From Oikopleura dioica (lineage: Eukaryota > Animalia > Chordata), in the NCBI GenBank assembly GCA_907165135.1, contig OU015567.1, forward strand, positions 7,006,001 through 7,070,000: DNA of 64,000 nt, read 5' to 3'. Each line of letters opens with the position of its first letter. Positions within the stretch are counted from its first letter, which is position 1. Positions 49,456 to 63,868 of the stretch are shown in pieces. The position numbers and the translations under genes were made by a program. The notes under the pieces are model-generated. The model searched no databases and was not told where the DNA came from. It worked only from the letters and a program-made list of their open reading frames with translations.

Positions 49456-51136
49456 GTTACGATCTTTGCTGAAAATCTAGAAACAAGGCTCGGCAACCTG
49501 TGTAGAAAACCTGAGTCAGGGTCTTAAAGATCAGAAATGAAAAGCCGCGCAGCTGCTTTTTTAAATACAAAGACGCAAAGCGGCTTCGCTAATATTGCCA
49601 ACAATCTGAGTTTGTTTATTTGAAGGCTTAACGTTTTCGGAACAGTAATTCCATCATCAGAGCCGTTGAAGTCTTGAGATAACTGTAGATCTTTTCAAAA
49701 ATCAGACAAATCTATCAAAAAATTTAGCGAAGCCACTTTGCGGCTTTGTTTCTGAAAAAGCCGCTGCGCTGCTTTTAATTTCAGTTCTCCCAGACCCTTA
49801 CTCAGGTTTTCAACACAGGTTGCCGAACCAAATCTTGAAGCCGCTCCGCGCGGCTAATTTTCTTTTCGACTCGAAGCCGCAAGCGGCTTCTCGACTTTCC
49901 GATTAAGGCTTCTTATTTGACAGATTACTGTAAAATCCAAGAAGGTACCTGTAAGTATATGTATTGGAAAGATGAGTGCTTTTGGCTGTGAAATGAAGCG
50001 CGTGGAGATATGCGAATTGGAATGCATTTTCAATGCGTATTTCGCGCATTTGCGAATTATTTAAAAATGAAGGCGGCTCGGCCACTCCATTTTCGGGAAA
50101 TAAAAATGCATCGATATTATCATGTCCTAATCGACATGCATGTCAAACGGGGCGTACTCTGACAGGCTAATTTTGAATATTGAATTACTCCTTCTCAATT
50201 ATCCTCTAATTAGATATTTACAGATAATATTCCCAATCGACAATATTTCGACTGCTCTTCTTCGATCAAAACGCTAAAATGTCAATTTGAATTGTAATTA
50301 ATTCTTATTCGGAAACACGCTTCCTTCGGTATAGTCAATTTAGATGTGCGTAAATGATTATGGTGGAAAATGTAGGTCAATGCCTCAAATTAAATGAATT
50401 TTTGTCGCGATTCGCGAATTTATTAGAAATTATAATTATGGAGAGAATGAGAGAGTCGTTTTTGAACGCTCTTACGTCTTGACTTTATTACGAAAGATTT
50501 CCAAAATGGAGAAAAAGTACGAGAATAGATCTCGATCGATTTTCGCGTGACTCTTCCTTTTCCGGAATTTCGCGAATTTTTCCTGGCAAAAGGAAAGTAT
50601 AAGAAAGCATTACACGCGTTCTGAAAAAAGCTCTAGAATCAGCTTTAAATATACTCTGGTCACCCGACTGAGAACAGTCTAACCCGATCGTTGGGGACAC
50701 CCTTAAGGGGAAAAAATTTCGAAAAGTCGTTTAAGAAAAGCCGCGCGCGGCTTCTTTTATCGGCTTCTAAACGCTAAAAATCTCCGCGCACGCGTATTTG
50801 TTTACTCCCCAACACAACACCTTCCCCTCCCCCAGCCTCTTCTGAGTCTTTTGAGTAATTTCCGCTCGGTGGCGCTTTCAATATTTTATTCAAATTATTC
50901 GCCGCCGCTTATTCGTCTGAGCATACGAGTCGCGCGCCGCTCCGCCCGTGCGCCGGCGCAAAAAGAAAAATGCTCTCTTCCGCCCTCTTGGCGCCGCGCA
51001 ACTGCTCCCTCCCTCCATAACTCGAGAAAAGAGCATATTGTGCGTACCATATTCAATCAGAGAATTATATCCACGCATATACCTTCTCAAAAAAACAAAA
51101 AACTTTCAAACTTCATTTTTAAAAATTCAAGAAAAA

Positions 51137-54100
51137 ATGACAACAGAAACGAGCCAAAACGAGCCAGAGCCAGTTGAAAAGAAGCCGACAACTGAATTTC
51201 TCCAAGTTCCAACATCTTCGCCAAAACACGTGACGGCAGGTAGAGCCACGCCAAGTCCAACAGGGACAGCTGTAGCGAGCCAGAGCACGGCGGGGACGCC
51301 AAGTGCGGTTTCAGAGGGACAAGATGGGATGATCGCAAAACTCCTCGAGCACTTTCAACAGCAACAGCAGCAACAACAAGTCCACGCTCAAACACAAGGT
51401 AAGAGATTAGAACAAATTTTAGAAATTGTAAATCGAATTAGTCGTAAAACTAGCCGATTGCATCTTTTGACTCAAAAAACGACCACCAAATCATAGAATT
51501 CATAGGTTGAATAAATCGGTCTCGAAAGCCGCGCGCGGCTTTCTAGACGATTTCAACTAAATATTCAGTCTTCATTTTCAAACGAACATTTTAATGAACA
51601 ATAACAACTAACCCTAACCCTAACCGTTGAGGCGGACAGTAACCCTACATTAGGGTCCATTTTTCACTAAAATTCTTGTTTTTAGCTATTTTTGACACCT
51701 AAAAAATACATTTTCTATTTTTTTCATTTTTAGAAGTAGATAAAGAAAAAGATAGCTGGCTCGGAATAGGCCGCCTAAATCTGTTTGAAGCGTTCATAAT
51801 GAGGATGCAAATCGCGTAAATATTTCCAACCACAGCAATCCAACAGGGCCAAAAATAAATATTTGATCATGGATATATATTTGAATATCTTTCGTAAGCC
51901 CAGGGCGGCCTTTCTGTGGCGGCTTATTTTATGCCAAATGATAAATATATAAATCCGCAGAGTCTGTTTCGCACTTTGGAGGTGTCATCTAATCGTATCA
52001 ACAAAAATATAACTCCATAAACAGCTCATTTTTAAGGTGCTCAAAAGTCAAATGAGTTTTTTTACTAGAAAAAAATTAATTAATATTAAAAATTATTATT
52101 TAAACAAAAACAAAGTTTAGATATTGAAAAATAAGGGGGTCTCTGTCTTAAATAACTATTTTCAGAAGATATTTCTCCAAAAATTAATATACTGACACCC
52201 TTATTTTTTCTCTCTTTCAATTGATAAAACCCTTATCTTTGATTTATAAAGGCTTAATTTTTAAAATTCAAAATTTTTTTTAATAAAAATTTCAATCAAA
52301 GTTGTCTTACTTTTGGTAAAAAGAGACTCTGAAAATCTAAAATTAGACTGAAGTTGAATTTATTGTTATTTTTTTTCTGGAGCTAGAATTTTTATTTGCA
52401 GCTTATCAGAATTATAATTAATAAATCGACTTTTTTATGATCGATGTTTTTTGAAATATCAAAAATAATAAAATAATGACTTATTTGTTTTGAATTTATT
52501 TGGATAAATGCGGTGCGGGTTTTTGCACCTCGGGACTGATGGGTAGTTAAATCCGAATGAGATTTTATTTAGAATAAACAGATACAAACCCAACGCGGCT
52601 TTTTCATCAAGATTTATTTGAAAAGGAAATCAAACAGACACAGGCTCCTGTAAAAAGTAGCTACTCGGCGATTTCCGAGATTTCCGCAATAAACAATCTC
52701 ATTTTCGTTCCTCTTCATTCCTAGCTCATTATTATTGAAATCAATTTGGTTCTTGAAATAAGCGACTTCCGACAAGCACTTCCGAGTCTTTTTCTTGAAC
52801 ATCGTGTTTTATTTATTTTTAGGACAACCCTGGGCGAATGCGTACACGAATCAACAACTAGCAATCACCATTCAAATGCAAGCTTCTTTGACCAACATTC
52901 AATGTAAGTTTCTTCATTCAAACTACCACGAATCTAATCCCAACTTTAGCAATCGAAAAGAAGCTGGAAAAAAGCGCGGAAAACTTCGCAGAACTCCTCG
53001 ATCAATTCTCAAAAGCGTCTCGTTCTCCTGAGCAAAAGCACTCGCCCAGTTCCCCATCATTCCAAAGCGGCAGTAACTCGCTCCGGGGAAAGTTCCGCGA
53101 TTCCGACATTTCCACCGGCAGCAATGGTACGTCACAGCATTCCGGCTCGTCGTCGTCTGCTTCCTCCTTGATGCGTCCCCAGCATGGGCTTCCTCCCCTA
53201 GCGATGAGAGGACGGCCACATTTCCATCCCGGAACCATGGATGAAAATATTCAAGTAAGTTTTTTTTCCGCCAGAGATATTGATTTCTCTTCTCTTATCG
53301 AAGACTTTAGGGCACTAACTACCATTAGCTTGCGGAAACCTGGTCTCGGCAATCTGTGTTGAAAACCTAAGTCAGGCTCTTGAAGAGCTGACATTAAAAG
53401 CCGCGCAGCGGCTTTTTTAAAAACAAAGCCGCGAAGCGGCTTTGCCTGAATTTACGATAGATTTTGATGGTTATATTAGCGAAGCCGCTTCGCGGTTTCG
53501 TTTTTAAAAAAGCCGCTACGCGGCTTTTCATTTTAGCTCTTCCAGAGCCTGACTCAGGTTTTTTACTCAGGTTGCCAAGCCCAGCCAGTGGCACCATGAT
53601 TCGCTGAAAACACACAAATTTGTCCAGCTGAGTATGGACGGGTTAATACCATCAGAACGAGCTGAAGGGTCTGATCTTTACTGGGAATACTTAGTTATGG
53701 ACGTAGCCATTGATTTAAATGTAAAAGTCAAATTCGGTAGTCATTGTGCGGTCGGCCCTCCACCTGGTCATCCCCCCGCGTCAACGGTCATTTTGAAATA
53801 AATTCGGGCACCTGCATTATTCTCGTGAATTTATTAACATACGCCCTGAGAAGAGCCCTTTCTTAACGTAACTCAGAGAGAAAAAATGACCTTTTCGCAG
53901 AATATTTTTTGATATTCAAAAAAGCGGGGAGATTAAAAAGCTCCTTTTCGGAGGACTCATCGTATTCTCTCTTGCATAATCCCCTGGTGCGCGTTTGAGT
54001 ATTCCTCGTGAATCAAAAATTTTTATTTTTTGCATTATCTCGCCACAGGTTATGCAGAAGGCGGGACCCCGCTTGTCATGAGCAACTTTCAATTTTTTCT

Positions 54101-56414
54101 CTTCCATTTTTTTTGAATTTTTTGCAAAATCGCATCGTTTAGTGCATAAAATACAAATCAGCGGGCGTGAGAAAGAAACCGAAACGCCACAGACATTCAG
54201 TCGCAACAAATGCAAAAAAAACGACAAAAATAAAAATGGAAGAGGAGAGAATGGGATTCCCAGCCTCTTCTCTGAAGAAACCGTCTGCGGCCCTTCATTT
54301 TTTTCAAAAAGAAAAAGCCGCGCGCGGCTTCGGAGATCACGAGGGAAAGAAAAAACTTGATCTCGAAAGCCGCGCGCGGCTTTTTCCAGGCCTTCGAAAA
54401 GCAGGCTTAGGTTGTAAGTCTTATTATGGCTTTTTCTTAACCCATTTGTTCGTCATGGCCATTTTCTTGGACATTTGCTTTTTCGACTCGGAAGTGTTCC
54501 AAGGACTCATGAGGTGGAAGTGCCAGCACCTGACACGGGGCCCAGTAACTTCATTTGCTTTTTAATCTCCGGTCGGGCAAATTTTGCAGCTTTTGGCAAT
54601 ATTATTTTTTTGACTTGCATGCAGTACAGGTGGCCATTCGGCTCGCCTGACCCAACCCATGTATAATACTACGCTATGTTAATGAAATTCAGCAAGATAA
54701 ACCACCACCTGCCGGAAAAAGAATTAGAGCCAGAAAAAAGTTCTTTTTCTTGCGAATTAGAAAATTCAAATTGAATTAAAAGCATTAGGCTTTAATATTC
54801 AGTAAAAATTGATAAAAAAATGATGCGAAAATTTGGGTCGTGGAAATCTTGCGAAAATGATTTCATCTTTATGACGCGGGGGAAATCATTAATGTAAATT
54901 TTCAATCATGAAAAAACGATTCACGCGAAAATTATGTATAATTTTTTCCTAAACAAGCGATTGCGTAAGATTTCCGATGATGGTCAGATTGGAACATTAC
55001 TGATGCTTGAATTTTTAGCTTGAAGAATTGGACAGATTCGCGAAGGAATTCAAGCAAAAGCGGATCAAGCTCGGCTTCACTCAAGGAGACGTCGGAGTCG
55101 CTATGGGAAGATTGTATGGAAGCGACTTTTCGCAAACGACGATTTCGCGTTTTGAAGCGCTCAATCTTAGGTAACCAGTTTTCTCCCCACCCAAATGAGA
55201 CGATTTCCTTTAGTTTCAAAAACATGTGCAAGCTGAAACCAATTCTCGAGCGCTGGCTAGAAGACGCGGAACGCTACCTGACTCCGAATCAACAGTCCTT
55301 GTCCACTGAAGCTCAGTTGGAAAGCGCGAGACGCAGGAAGAAGCGAACCTCAATCGACAATTCTGTCAAAGGTACTTAGCTTATTGTTTTGTCGAAATTC
55401 GCGAGTTAGGTAATGAGCTGCTTAGCTGCCAAAAATGCACGTGGGTGAATACACGGTGGTTTATTCACGGCCTGAATGTGGCATTATTAGCTTGAATGTC
55501 GTGGAATATCGCGACTAACACCACGAATATTATACAAACGAATAATCATATTCCATGAGCGCGAATTTCAAGCAAAATCGATAAATGTCATCTTCAAAAA
55601 CGCTTGAAAATTTCATGAATCAAAATTCAAATTTCACTAAATGTCACTAAATTTTGTTCTTTTAACTGAACTAATCATTTAGTAGCTTTGGAAATGCATT
55701 TCCTTCGAAACTCCCGACCAACCAGCGCCGAAATCACGCAACTGGCCGAAGACCTTGAAATGGAGCGAGAAACCGTGCGAGTTTGGTTTTGTAATCGGCG
55801 ACAAAAGGAAAAAAGAATCGGCAGTCACGGAGAGGTACTAAGAGGACTATCCGAAGAGCGGGGAATGAGTGAGATTAGGAGCAGTCAAATGAGATGCAAA
55901 TTTGGAGCTCATTTCAATCCAATAATAGAAGGATGAGCACCTGCGCATTTCGGAATGTGACAGGGGCTTGTTTAGGTCAAGCGCGGGTCGAGCGAATATT
56001 TTGAAAGAAATATTTTTTTGAGAATAGGCCTTACTTCATTCAGCCCTCACTTGAAACCCCGACTCTGCATGAATTTCAATTAGTCACTAACTCCGTTCTT
56101 TTCAGGAGGAAAACGCATCGATTCAAGACTCCGAGCCAACATCTCCAGTTGGCACTACTCACCCGACCCTGCCAGCTTCCAGCCCGATTGCCCAAGTTTC
56201 GCAAATCCCTCAGATTCCCGTCTCCATTCCCCTTTCGATCCAGAACGCTGACTTCTACCAGAACTTAGTCAACATGCAAAAGAGCGGAGGACTATTCGGA
56301 AATATGGCCTCCGAGATTCCGAAGCTGCCAAACTTTGGTTTCTTCCCTCAAATTCCGCAAATATCGGCGCCAAATCAAATGGCAGAGATAACTGAGCTTC
56401 CAACTGCACAGTAA
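51137..56414 (+). CDS. POU2F: Class II POU homeodomain transcription factor (Oct1/Oct2-like)
   Basis: [44 protein letters not shown]|[20 protein letters not shown], then RRRKKRTSI and [15 protein letters not shown]. The GDVG.AMG.LYG.DF signature is class II. Gln-rich first exon. Confidence 0.92.
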
Positions 56415-57203
56415 GAGTTACTGTATATCCCCGTCACAGCTTTATAAATATATTTTCACTGTATAATAAAAATATAAAACTCATTAATTTCATTTGATTA
56501 TTGTTGATTTCAAAGTATTGTTTTTGCTAATGGGCTCGGCAACCTGCGTGGAAAACCTGAGTGGAGTCAGGGTCTTAAGCGGCTTTTCTAAAAACGAAGC
56601 CGCAAAGCGGCTTTGCCAGATTAAAAATTGTTTGACGTATCAATATTGATTTAGCCGCTTCGCGGCTATGTTTTTAGAAAAGCCGCAACGCGGCTTTTTA
56701 CCATCACTCTTCCAGGACCCTGACTCAGGTTTTCCACGCAGGTTGCCGAGCCGAGATATGACTTTATTCGATGAACAGCATATTTTTTAGTTTCCGACAA
56801 AGCTCTTATTATTTTTTCCGCATCGAATAAATTCAAGAGGCAGTTCACTCTGTTTGGAATATTTTTCCGCGCAAGTCGTTTTATGTAATTCGGCAAAAAC
56901 TTGAAATTCAGTCGGGATGCTTAAAATTATGCTGAAAGCGCGGCCGAACAAAAAAATTCATAAAAAACATGAGTGCTTATTATTTTCTCTCCTTTTCTTT
57001 TTGCAGTGTTTAGGAGTTAGTGGGAAAATCTGGTTCTTTTTAATCAAAGATCGCATTTTTATCTGGTTTTACGATTTTTCTTGCCCAAGATCTGAAACGT
57101 GAGTGCTAATTTTTTATGTATTTATTCCATTGTTTGGCAGATAGTGGAAAAAAACAGGTCAGTTTTTAAAAGTATGGAACTGTGTGGAGTGATTTGAACA
57201 ATT

Positions 57204-58928
57204 CTATTCTTCTTTCGCAGTGAGAGATTTTTTCTCAGCAAGTACGATGTTCTCTTCGTTGATTTCATTCTGATTCTCGTCTTTCTTTGGTTCTTCGTAT
57301 TTCTTTCGTTTCAACACTCGGTAGATGTGCCAGCTTGTGAACAAACTAAAATATGAAAAGTTTAAAACCCAAAGGCTACTAAAGTCCCTCACGTGATAAA
57401 AGCGGCAACAGCGTTCACAATGAACAAGACCTTCTTGGTGCCCATCGCCGCGATGAATAGGTTACTGATCGTCGGCACAATAAGCGTCATCAGCCCGTCA
57501 AACATCTGGTCGAAGAAGAGGGCCTTGTTGAGGTTGGCCCCGCCGACCAGGTCGATCAAAATCACGTATTTGAGACCAGAGTAGCCAGCCAAGCCAAGAG
57601 CAAAGAGAACTAAGCCGATGGCAAACATCCAGTAACTTTCAGCGAAGATAAAGGCGATTTGAGAAGCAAGGAGAACCGCTGTCCACGCGAATTGGAGAGT
57701 GGTTTCGGAGAAGCACTTGGTTAGCTCTCCCCAAAGAGGTCGGAAGAGCACCTAGAATGCTGCGTTATTCAGGCAGAAATGATGTTAAATGTACCTCTGG
57801 AATAGCGCTCCACAAAATCAGCTGACCAGCCTTTTCTCCATCAATTCCCATTTCAATAGCAACATTCGTAATTTCCGTAAAAACCGAGCTCATGATAAAA
57901 CCAGAGCAGACCATGCAATTAACGATCATACAGACGATTCCAGGGTTCTTCAGTACGCCGGTGAATTCCTTCACTTTATCGCCAAAGGGGACTTTGTTTT
58001 CTTTCTCTTCGAGCGCTCGTTGTTTCTGGCTCTCGATTTCGGAGGAGTGCTGGTGGAAGAGAGTAGCCACGATGGCTAGGGAAGGATGTTAGTTCTATCG
58101 CTGAGGGTAGAGTATCTTACCTTGGTGGAAGAAAATTCCAGTCATGATCAAAAGCGCGCCTGTCCAGCTCATAACAGTGGCGAGGTAGGAGGTAATCGGG
58201 AGCAGGGCAGTAATGAAGATAGGAGCTCCAATAAAGAGGTAGGGATTCCATTTGTTGCGAGTCTGAAAATTTTCTTTACAAGGAAAGTTGTATATCCTAG
58301 ACGTCTAGGAAGACTTAAAACTAGCATGTATGTCAGTGCATATTCCATGTTTTACCTCGTCTAGCCAATTCTGTGGGGTGATGCAAATGATTCCGAAGGA
58401 AAAGCCAGCGCCGATGCCGGATAAAATTCCCATAATAATCTGCGGGATGACAAAGTACTCGGCAGGCCACCAGTTAGCAAAGTAGATCAGCAAGTAGCCG
58501 ACAAGCGAAAAGACAGTGGAAAGAGTGAGCCACTCGCGAGCAGAGAGCTTGGAGTAGAAAGCGGAGAGGAACATCGCGCCAAAGTAGAGGAAGCCTTGGT
58601 TGAATCGCTGATGCAAGGAGGCTGTTTCTTGGGGCAAACCATAGGAACCCTTCCACTGAAAAACAGATTAGAAAAAAGTTGAGAAATAATAGCAGAAAAA
58701 AATGATTCAAAGGGCGCTAAGCTTTGAAAAAGCAATATTTATCTTCTGAATGATCATTCTCTCCTGACTGTAATTTGAAAGTGTACTTACTGAGGCTGTG
58801 AGGACATTCTGAAAAGCCGAGAAACCGAAAGTAAATCCAGAAAGCAGGGCCGAGCAGGCGACAATCAACTTCGAGTAGCCGCCATCTTTCTTCGTTGAAA
58901 GCCCAAGTCTCTTTTTCGGATAGCCCAT
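57204..58928 (-). CDS. MFS transporter, SLC16/monocarboxylate-like, multi-exon
   Basis: N-terminal KDGGYSKLIV resembles the SLC16 DGGWGW motif; many TM segments; LIDLVGGANLNKALFF in the C-terminal half. Confidence 0.8.
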
Positions 58929-59388
58929 ATTCTCCGTTCTTTGGGCAATTTGGGTGCTAACGGGCTTAGTGAAAAAACGGCCTAAATTTCGGGATTCTCT
59001 CGATTCCTCAAACGAGTCCGGGGCGAAGTGCAAGAGATGACTCATTTTTGAGCTCCTCACTGGACTCGCGCCAACCAATAGGGAATCATCAAGGCCTGAG
59101 GAGCTGAGTCAACTTTTCAGCAACCTAAAAATGAGAAAAAATTGAGAATAAAATGAAAACAGTAGCATCCTTCAGTACCGAACTGAAACTTCCGAAACTG
59201 ATTGAGTCTTGAAGCAATAAATATCTAAGTTGACAAATTTTCAAGAGTTGTTTTTTATAAATTGATTTATTCTGAAATCACACTGATATGAAGAGAAGAA
59301 GCAGGAGAATGGAATTTTTGAAGTAAAGTAAGTTTCGAAGCAATGATCTTTGTACAGTCATAGTAAGGTCCTTCAGAATGTTCTTTGT

Positions 59389-60183
59389 TTACTCATACTG
59401 GTAGCAGACAATTTCATCTTGCATGAAGTAGGCTTGTTGATCTGGTTGGTCTGGCTGTCCGACCGCTGTCTCGTAGACGTAGTAATCGCAAGCTGGGAAT
59501 TCACCGGTGACGACTTGAGTTACAGGAGGAAGAGCAGAGTTGCTGTTTTCTTGGTTGAAGAGGGGAGAAGCTTGGGCAGGTTCCTGAGTCAGGACTCCAG
59601 AATCCGGAGAATGAGCGAAGGCGAGAGAAGTTTCTGGAGAGTAGTTTTGCTGCTCAGCGTAGCTAGAATCCGGCGAGAGTTGACCTTGACTGTGATTTTC
59701 GACTGGAGAAGCAGATCGATTCGCAGATTGAACCGGTTGTTCTGGAAATGACTGGTTCTGTGCCGGGATCATCCCTTTTCCCATCATCTCAGCGGTGACT
59801 TTTTCCAGGTAGAGAATTCGATTGATTGCTTCTCGAAGAATCTTGGCTTTGGTTGGTGTTTTCATGTCTGGGCAGACGATGGTTCGGATGTCTTCGATGC
59901 AGTGATTAAGCTTTTCCATTCGTCGTTTTTCTCGTTGAGTAGCCATTTTTCGCCGGTTGGATCGCTCTTCTTTTTTGGGGTCTTGTCGATGCGCCGGGGC
60001 AGTTGCGATGGGGACGGATTGGGGCTGCTGAACTGGGGGTTGGAAGGCTTGGGGAGGGAGGTTGACGTGAGGTTGAGGGACATGGAGAAAGTCCTGGCCC
60101 CACATGACGGTTTCGGAGGGTTCAGGGTTGATCATCGAGCTCTTCATGGAGTATTCGATCCAGGTTGAAGTCTCTGTAACCAT
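59389..60183 (-). CDS. Intronless group A bHLH transcription factor (basic region MyoD/MRF-like)
   Basis: RRKMATQREKRRMEKLNHCIEDIRTIV..KAKILREAINRILYLE; Gln/Pro/Ser-rich flanks. Confidence 0.88.
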   Translation of the reverse strand: MVTETSTWIEYSMKSSMINPEPSETVMWGQDFLHVPQPHVNLPPQAFQPPVQQPQSVPIATAPAHRQDPKKEERSNRRKMATQREKRRMEKLNHCIEDIRTIVCPDMKTPTKAKILREAINRILYLEKVTAEMMGKGMIPAQNQSFPEQPVQSANRSASPVENHSQGQLSPDSSYAEQQNYSPETSLAFAHSPDSGVLTQEPAQASPLFNQENSNSALPPVTQVVTGEFPACDYYVYETAVGQPDQPDQQAYFMQDEIVCYQYE

Positions 60184-60722
60184 TTTTTGCTTTTTGCTTT
60201 TTGAGGTTTTGCTTTTTTGGTTGTTTGAAAGTGTGTTTTAAGTTTGATGAGTGTTCGGAGAGAGGAGGAGTATTTATTGCAAGCGTGTGAATACAGAATA
60301 TCGCCACCTATGTGCGCATTTTGCATTTTTTTCGCGTTTAGCGGCGGCTGGCGCCTTTCAAATGCCCCGCGCAGGAGGGAAGATTCTTATCGATGGCGAA
60401 AATCGCCATGTATTCAGGATATTGGCTTCGTGGAAAGCTAATCTGATACTGATCTCGTATCTGATCGAGTTTGAGGATCAACGAAAAAGCTGGCGAAGGG
60501 TTCCGGGAAAGAGCTATTTCCGTTTCCGCTTGTCGCTAGAAAATTGTAATAAACATGTTTTTCATTGCTTCTCTTTCAAATTCATGACAGATAAGCTAAC
60601 TTACTAGAAAACAAGGAAGAGAGTAGACTTTCGAATAGAAAATCTCGATAAAAAAACTGATTTTAGATTTTTTTTTTGATTAACCAAATGATTTATCTTA
60701 ACTGAGGCGACTTTAGAACTTC

Positions 60723-61737
60723 GAGTGGAGGACTCTCGCCCAAGTGGACTCTCGCCCAAGTGGACTCCCGCCCAAAAGGACTCTCGCCCAACTTGGGCGG
60801 GAGTCCATCTTAGGCGAGAGTCCATGTGGTAATTTTCAACCATGAGAAACAGAAAGTTGGGCGAGAGTCCATCTTGGGCGAGAGTCCACTTGGGCGAGAG
60901 TCATCCACTCCAATTGTTAACGACTATTCAATGAAAAAAAAATGCAATGAGCTGTTTATAATATATATCATATATAATATATGCAATGTACTTGATATAA
61001 ATTAAAGTTAGGGTTAGGCGGCACTGGGCAAAATGACAGAACAACCTTACCCCAGGGGGATAGGCTAGGGTTAGTTAGGGTTACTGAAGGTAATTTAAAT
61101 AATTTTAATAATTTCCGCTGAAAAGTGGTGCAGTAAGACTGACCTTCTCTTTCAACCTAATCGAAGATTAGCACTTTTTTGAGATTTCCAGTTTCGGTTT
61201 GTCCAGCAAGATAAGCGAAAGCATAAATTCTTTGATGTGAGAAAATATTGCGCTTCGCTAATAAAACTGGAACTCTCAAAAAAGTGCTTATCCTCGACTA
61301 GGTTGAAAGAGAAGGTCAGTCCTACTGCACCACTTTTCAGCCGAAATTATCAAATCTAATTGCCCCTTACCACGGGGCTTCGCCCCTTAGGTCCTAAGAT
61401 GCCGGGGTCTAGTCTAGGGTTACTTAGGGTTACCTTCAGTAACCCTAACTAACCCTAGCCTATCCCCCTCGGGTAAGGTTGTTCTGTCATTTTGTCCAGT
61501 GCCCCTAACCCTAACTTTAATTTATATAAAGTACATTGCATATTTATTATATACAGCTCATTGCTTTCTTCTGTCATTGAATAGTCATTAACAATTGGAG
61601 TGGAGGACTCTCGCCCAAGATCGACTCTCGCCCAACTTTCTGTTTCTCATTGTTGAAAATTTCCACATGGACTCTTGCCCAAAAGGACTCTCGCCCAACT
61701 TGGGCGGGAGTCCATCTTGGGCGAGAGTCCTCCACTC
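60723..61737. mobile_element. Non-autonomous Mutator/Foldback-like element, copy 2, 9-bp TSD TAGAACTTC
   Basis: Same termini as copy 1; nearly palindromic over ~1 kb; TSD at 60714-60722 and 61738-61746. Confidence 0.93.
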
Positions 61738-63225
61738 TAGAACTTCACCATGAATACAACAGAAAGTCTTAATTTCTAGCAATCATTAGAGCAAGAAGCT
61801 CGCATAAAAAATTTACCACCGCGCAAATTCCAAATTCCAGAGTAGCTGAATTCTCCCCTTGGCTGAAAGATTGTTACCTTGTCATTCTCAAAAACCTCAA
61901 AAACAAGTCTGAAAGCGCTGTAATCGACCGTCAGTTGACAGTGAGCTTAGCATAACTTTCGTCGACTTCCTCGAATTAGAAAATCTGAGCGGGATTAGCT
62001 CTCTCCCGGGGTGTCATCTCCCACAATTCTCAGTTCTCAAAGACTCCTTCCGTCCGACCAAGTTCATCATTCTCACCTAGGAGGCCGCTTCATCTCTCAA
62101 AAGTCTATTAATAGAACTTTGAAAATTAAGGGGCTGGACATCTTTAATCGCGATTTTCGAGATGATATTTTCCAAAAAAAAATTAGACATTGACTCCCTT
62201 ATATTTTCGAATTCTGAGTACACAGCTTCAAATAAGGGTCTATCCTTTGTTCACATTTGAATAATCAAAAGTTAAATTAATTGAAAATTGAAAAGCAAAG
62301 CACTGATTTTTGAATATTAATCAATCAATCAGACTCTGAACTTTCGAACTCATAGACTGGTAATGAACTCATTTTTTGTAAAAATCGATGAATCAATTTA
62401 TTTCAACTGATTTGCATCGCCGAGCGACGAATGAACTAAAGTCGTCAATTTCAACCCCAAGAGAAGAAGAGAAGAAGGGAGACTGTTAAAACTAATCCCC
62501 CAGAAACCAAATTTGAAGTAATTACAAAAATGAACTCAAAAACAGCAGAAGAGATCTGAAGAGAAGACAGAGACGTAGACTGAAACGAGAAAAAGGAAAA
62601 TGAAGAAAGAAGAGTCTGGAGAATCGAATGCACATAAATTATGTGACATAATTAAATTAAAGAAATGACGTCAATTGTAATCAAAATTAGACAAGTTTGA
62701 ACTGGGTCACTTCATTTGAACAATTCGTCATAGACGGTTTTTCTTTGAACTTCTCCCAGGTTCAGAAGATGCATTGAACGAAGATAATCGACGGTTCTTA
62801 TTTCAGTTCTGATGCGTCCAGAAACTTATCTGAAGATTAGATAGCTGCGCGCGGTTTTCGAATGAAGACAAAATTTGATCATTTATATATCAATTCGAAA
62901 GCCGCGCGCGGCTACCTTATCTTCAGATAAGTTTAAGATCACAGAAGAATTGAAATAAGAATCGTCGATTATCCTCTTTCACTTGTGGAAAAAGTTCAAA
63001 GAAAATTCCAGAGAAGCGTGAATTTATTGCCCTCTGCTCGCGCTCTAATTAGGGTACTCAGAGCGTCGTTCACAAAGTCACAAATTGCGCACATTAAAAC
63101 CGGTCTGAAATTGAGTAGCTCCAGTTTTCTGTTTGAAGTTGGAAGAAATAGACAGCAATTCAAAATGAATACAAATGAGAGCATAGGAGTCCAACTCCAA
63201 TGCTGAAAGTCCATGAATCATCCAA

Positions 63226-63868
63226 GATGATTTCAAAAAACTTTTTGTGGGGCCGGAAATCGTAAAAAACTGCAAGTGCAGTTTTCTTCAGTTCGTCAAG
63301 ACGAGTCGAATGATGGGTCTAACTCCTGATAATTCTAAGGATTTACCGGTTTACCGGCTGGTTACCGGAAAATACGTTGTCACCGGCCGTTTTTGTTCTA
63401 GAAGTGATAGACTAGTGTTTGACACCGGAAATTGTTCTTTATAGTCGGTTCTCCTGCAGCCTAAAAGATGAAGGTTGTATCAATTCTCTGAAGAGAGTTA
63501 TCACTAAAAACAGTAATTTTTACTAAAATTTTGTTGTTGCTGCACGTTCCTAATTTCTAGTCCCATTTTCGCCAAAAATAGTATTTTAGTGATAACTCTC
63601 TTCAGAGAATTGATACAACCTTCATCTTTTAGGCTGCAGGAGAACCGACTATAAAGAACAATTTCCGGTGTCAAACACTAGTCTATCACTTCTAGAACAA
63701 AAACGGCCGGTGACAACGTATTTTCCGGTAACCAGCCGGTAAACCGGTAAATCCTTAGAGTTATCAGGAGTTAGACCCATCATTCGACTCATCTTGACGA
63801 ACTGAAGAAAACTGCACTTGCAGTTTTTTTACGATTTCCGGCCCCACAAAAAGTTTTTTGAAATCATC
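63226..63868. repeat. Long near-perfect inverted repeat (arms ~285 bp, spacer ~75 bp)
   Basis: 63226-63509 is the reverse complement of 63584-63868 with very few mismatches. Confidence 0.92.
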
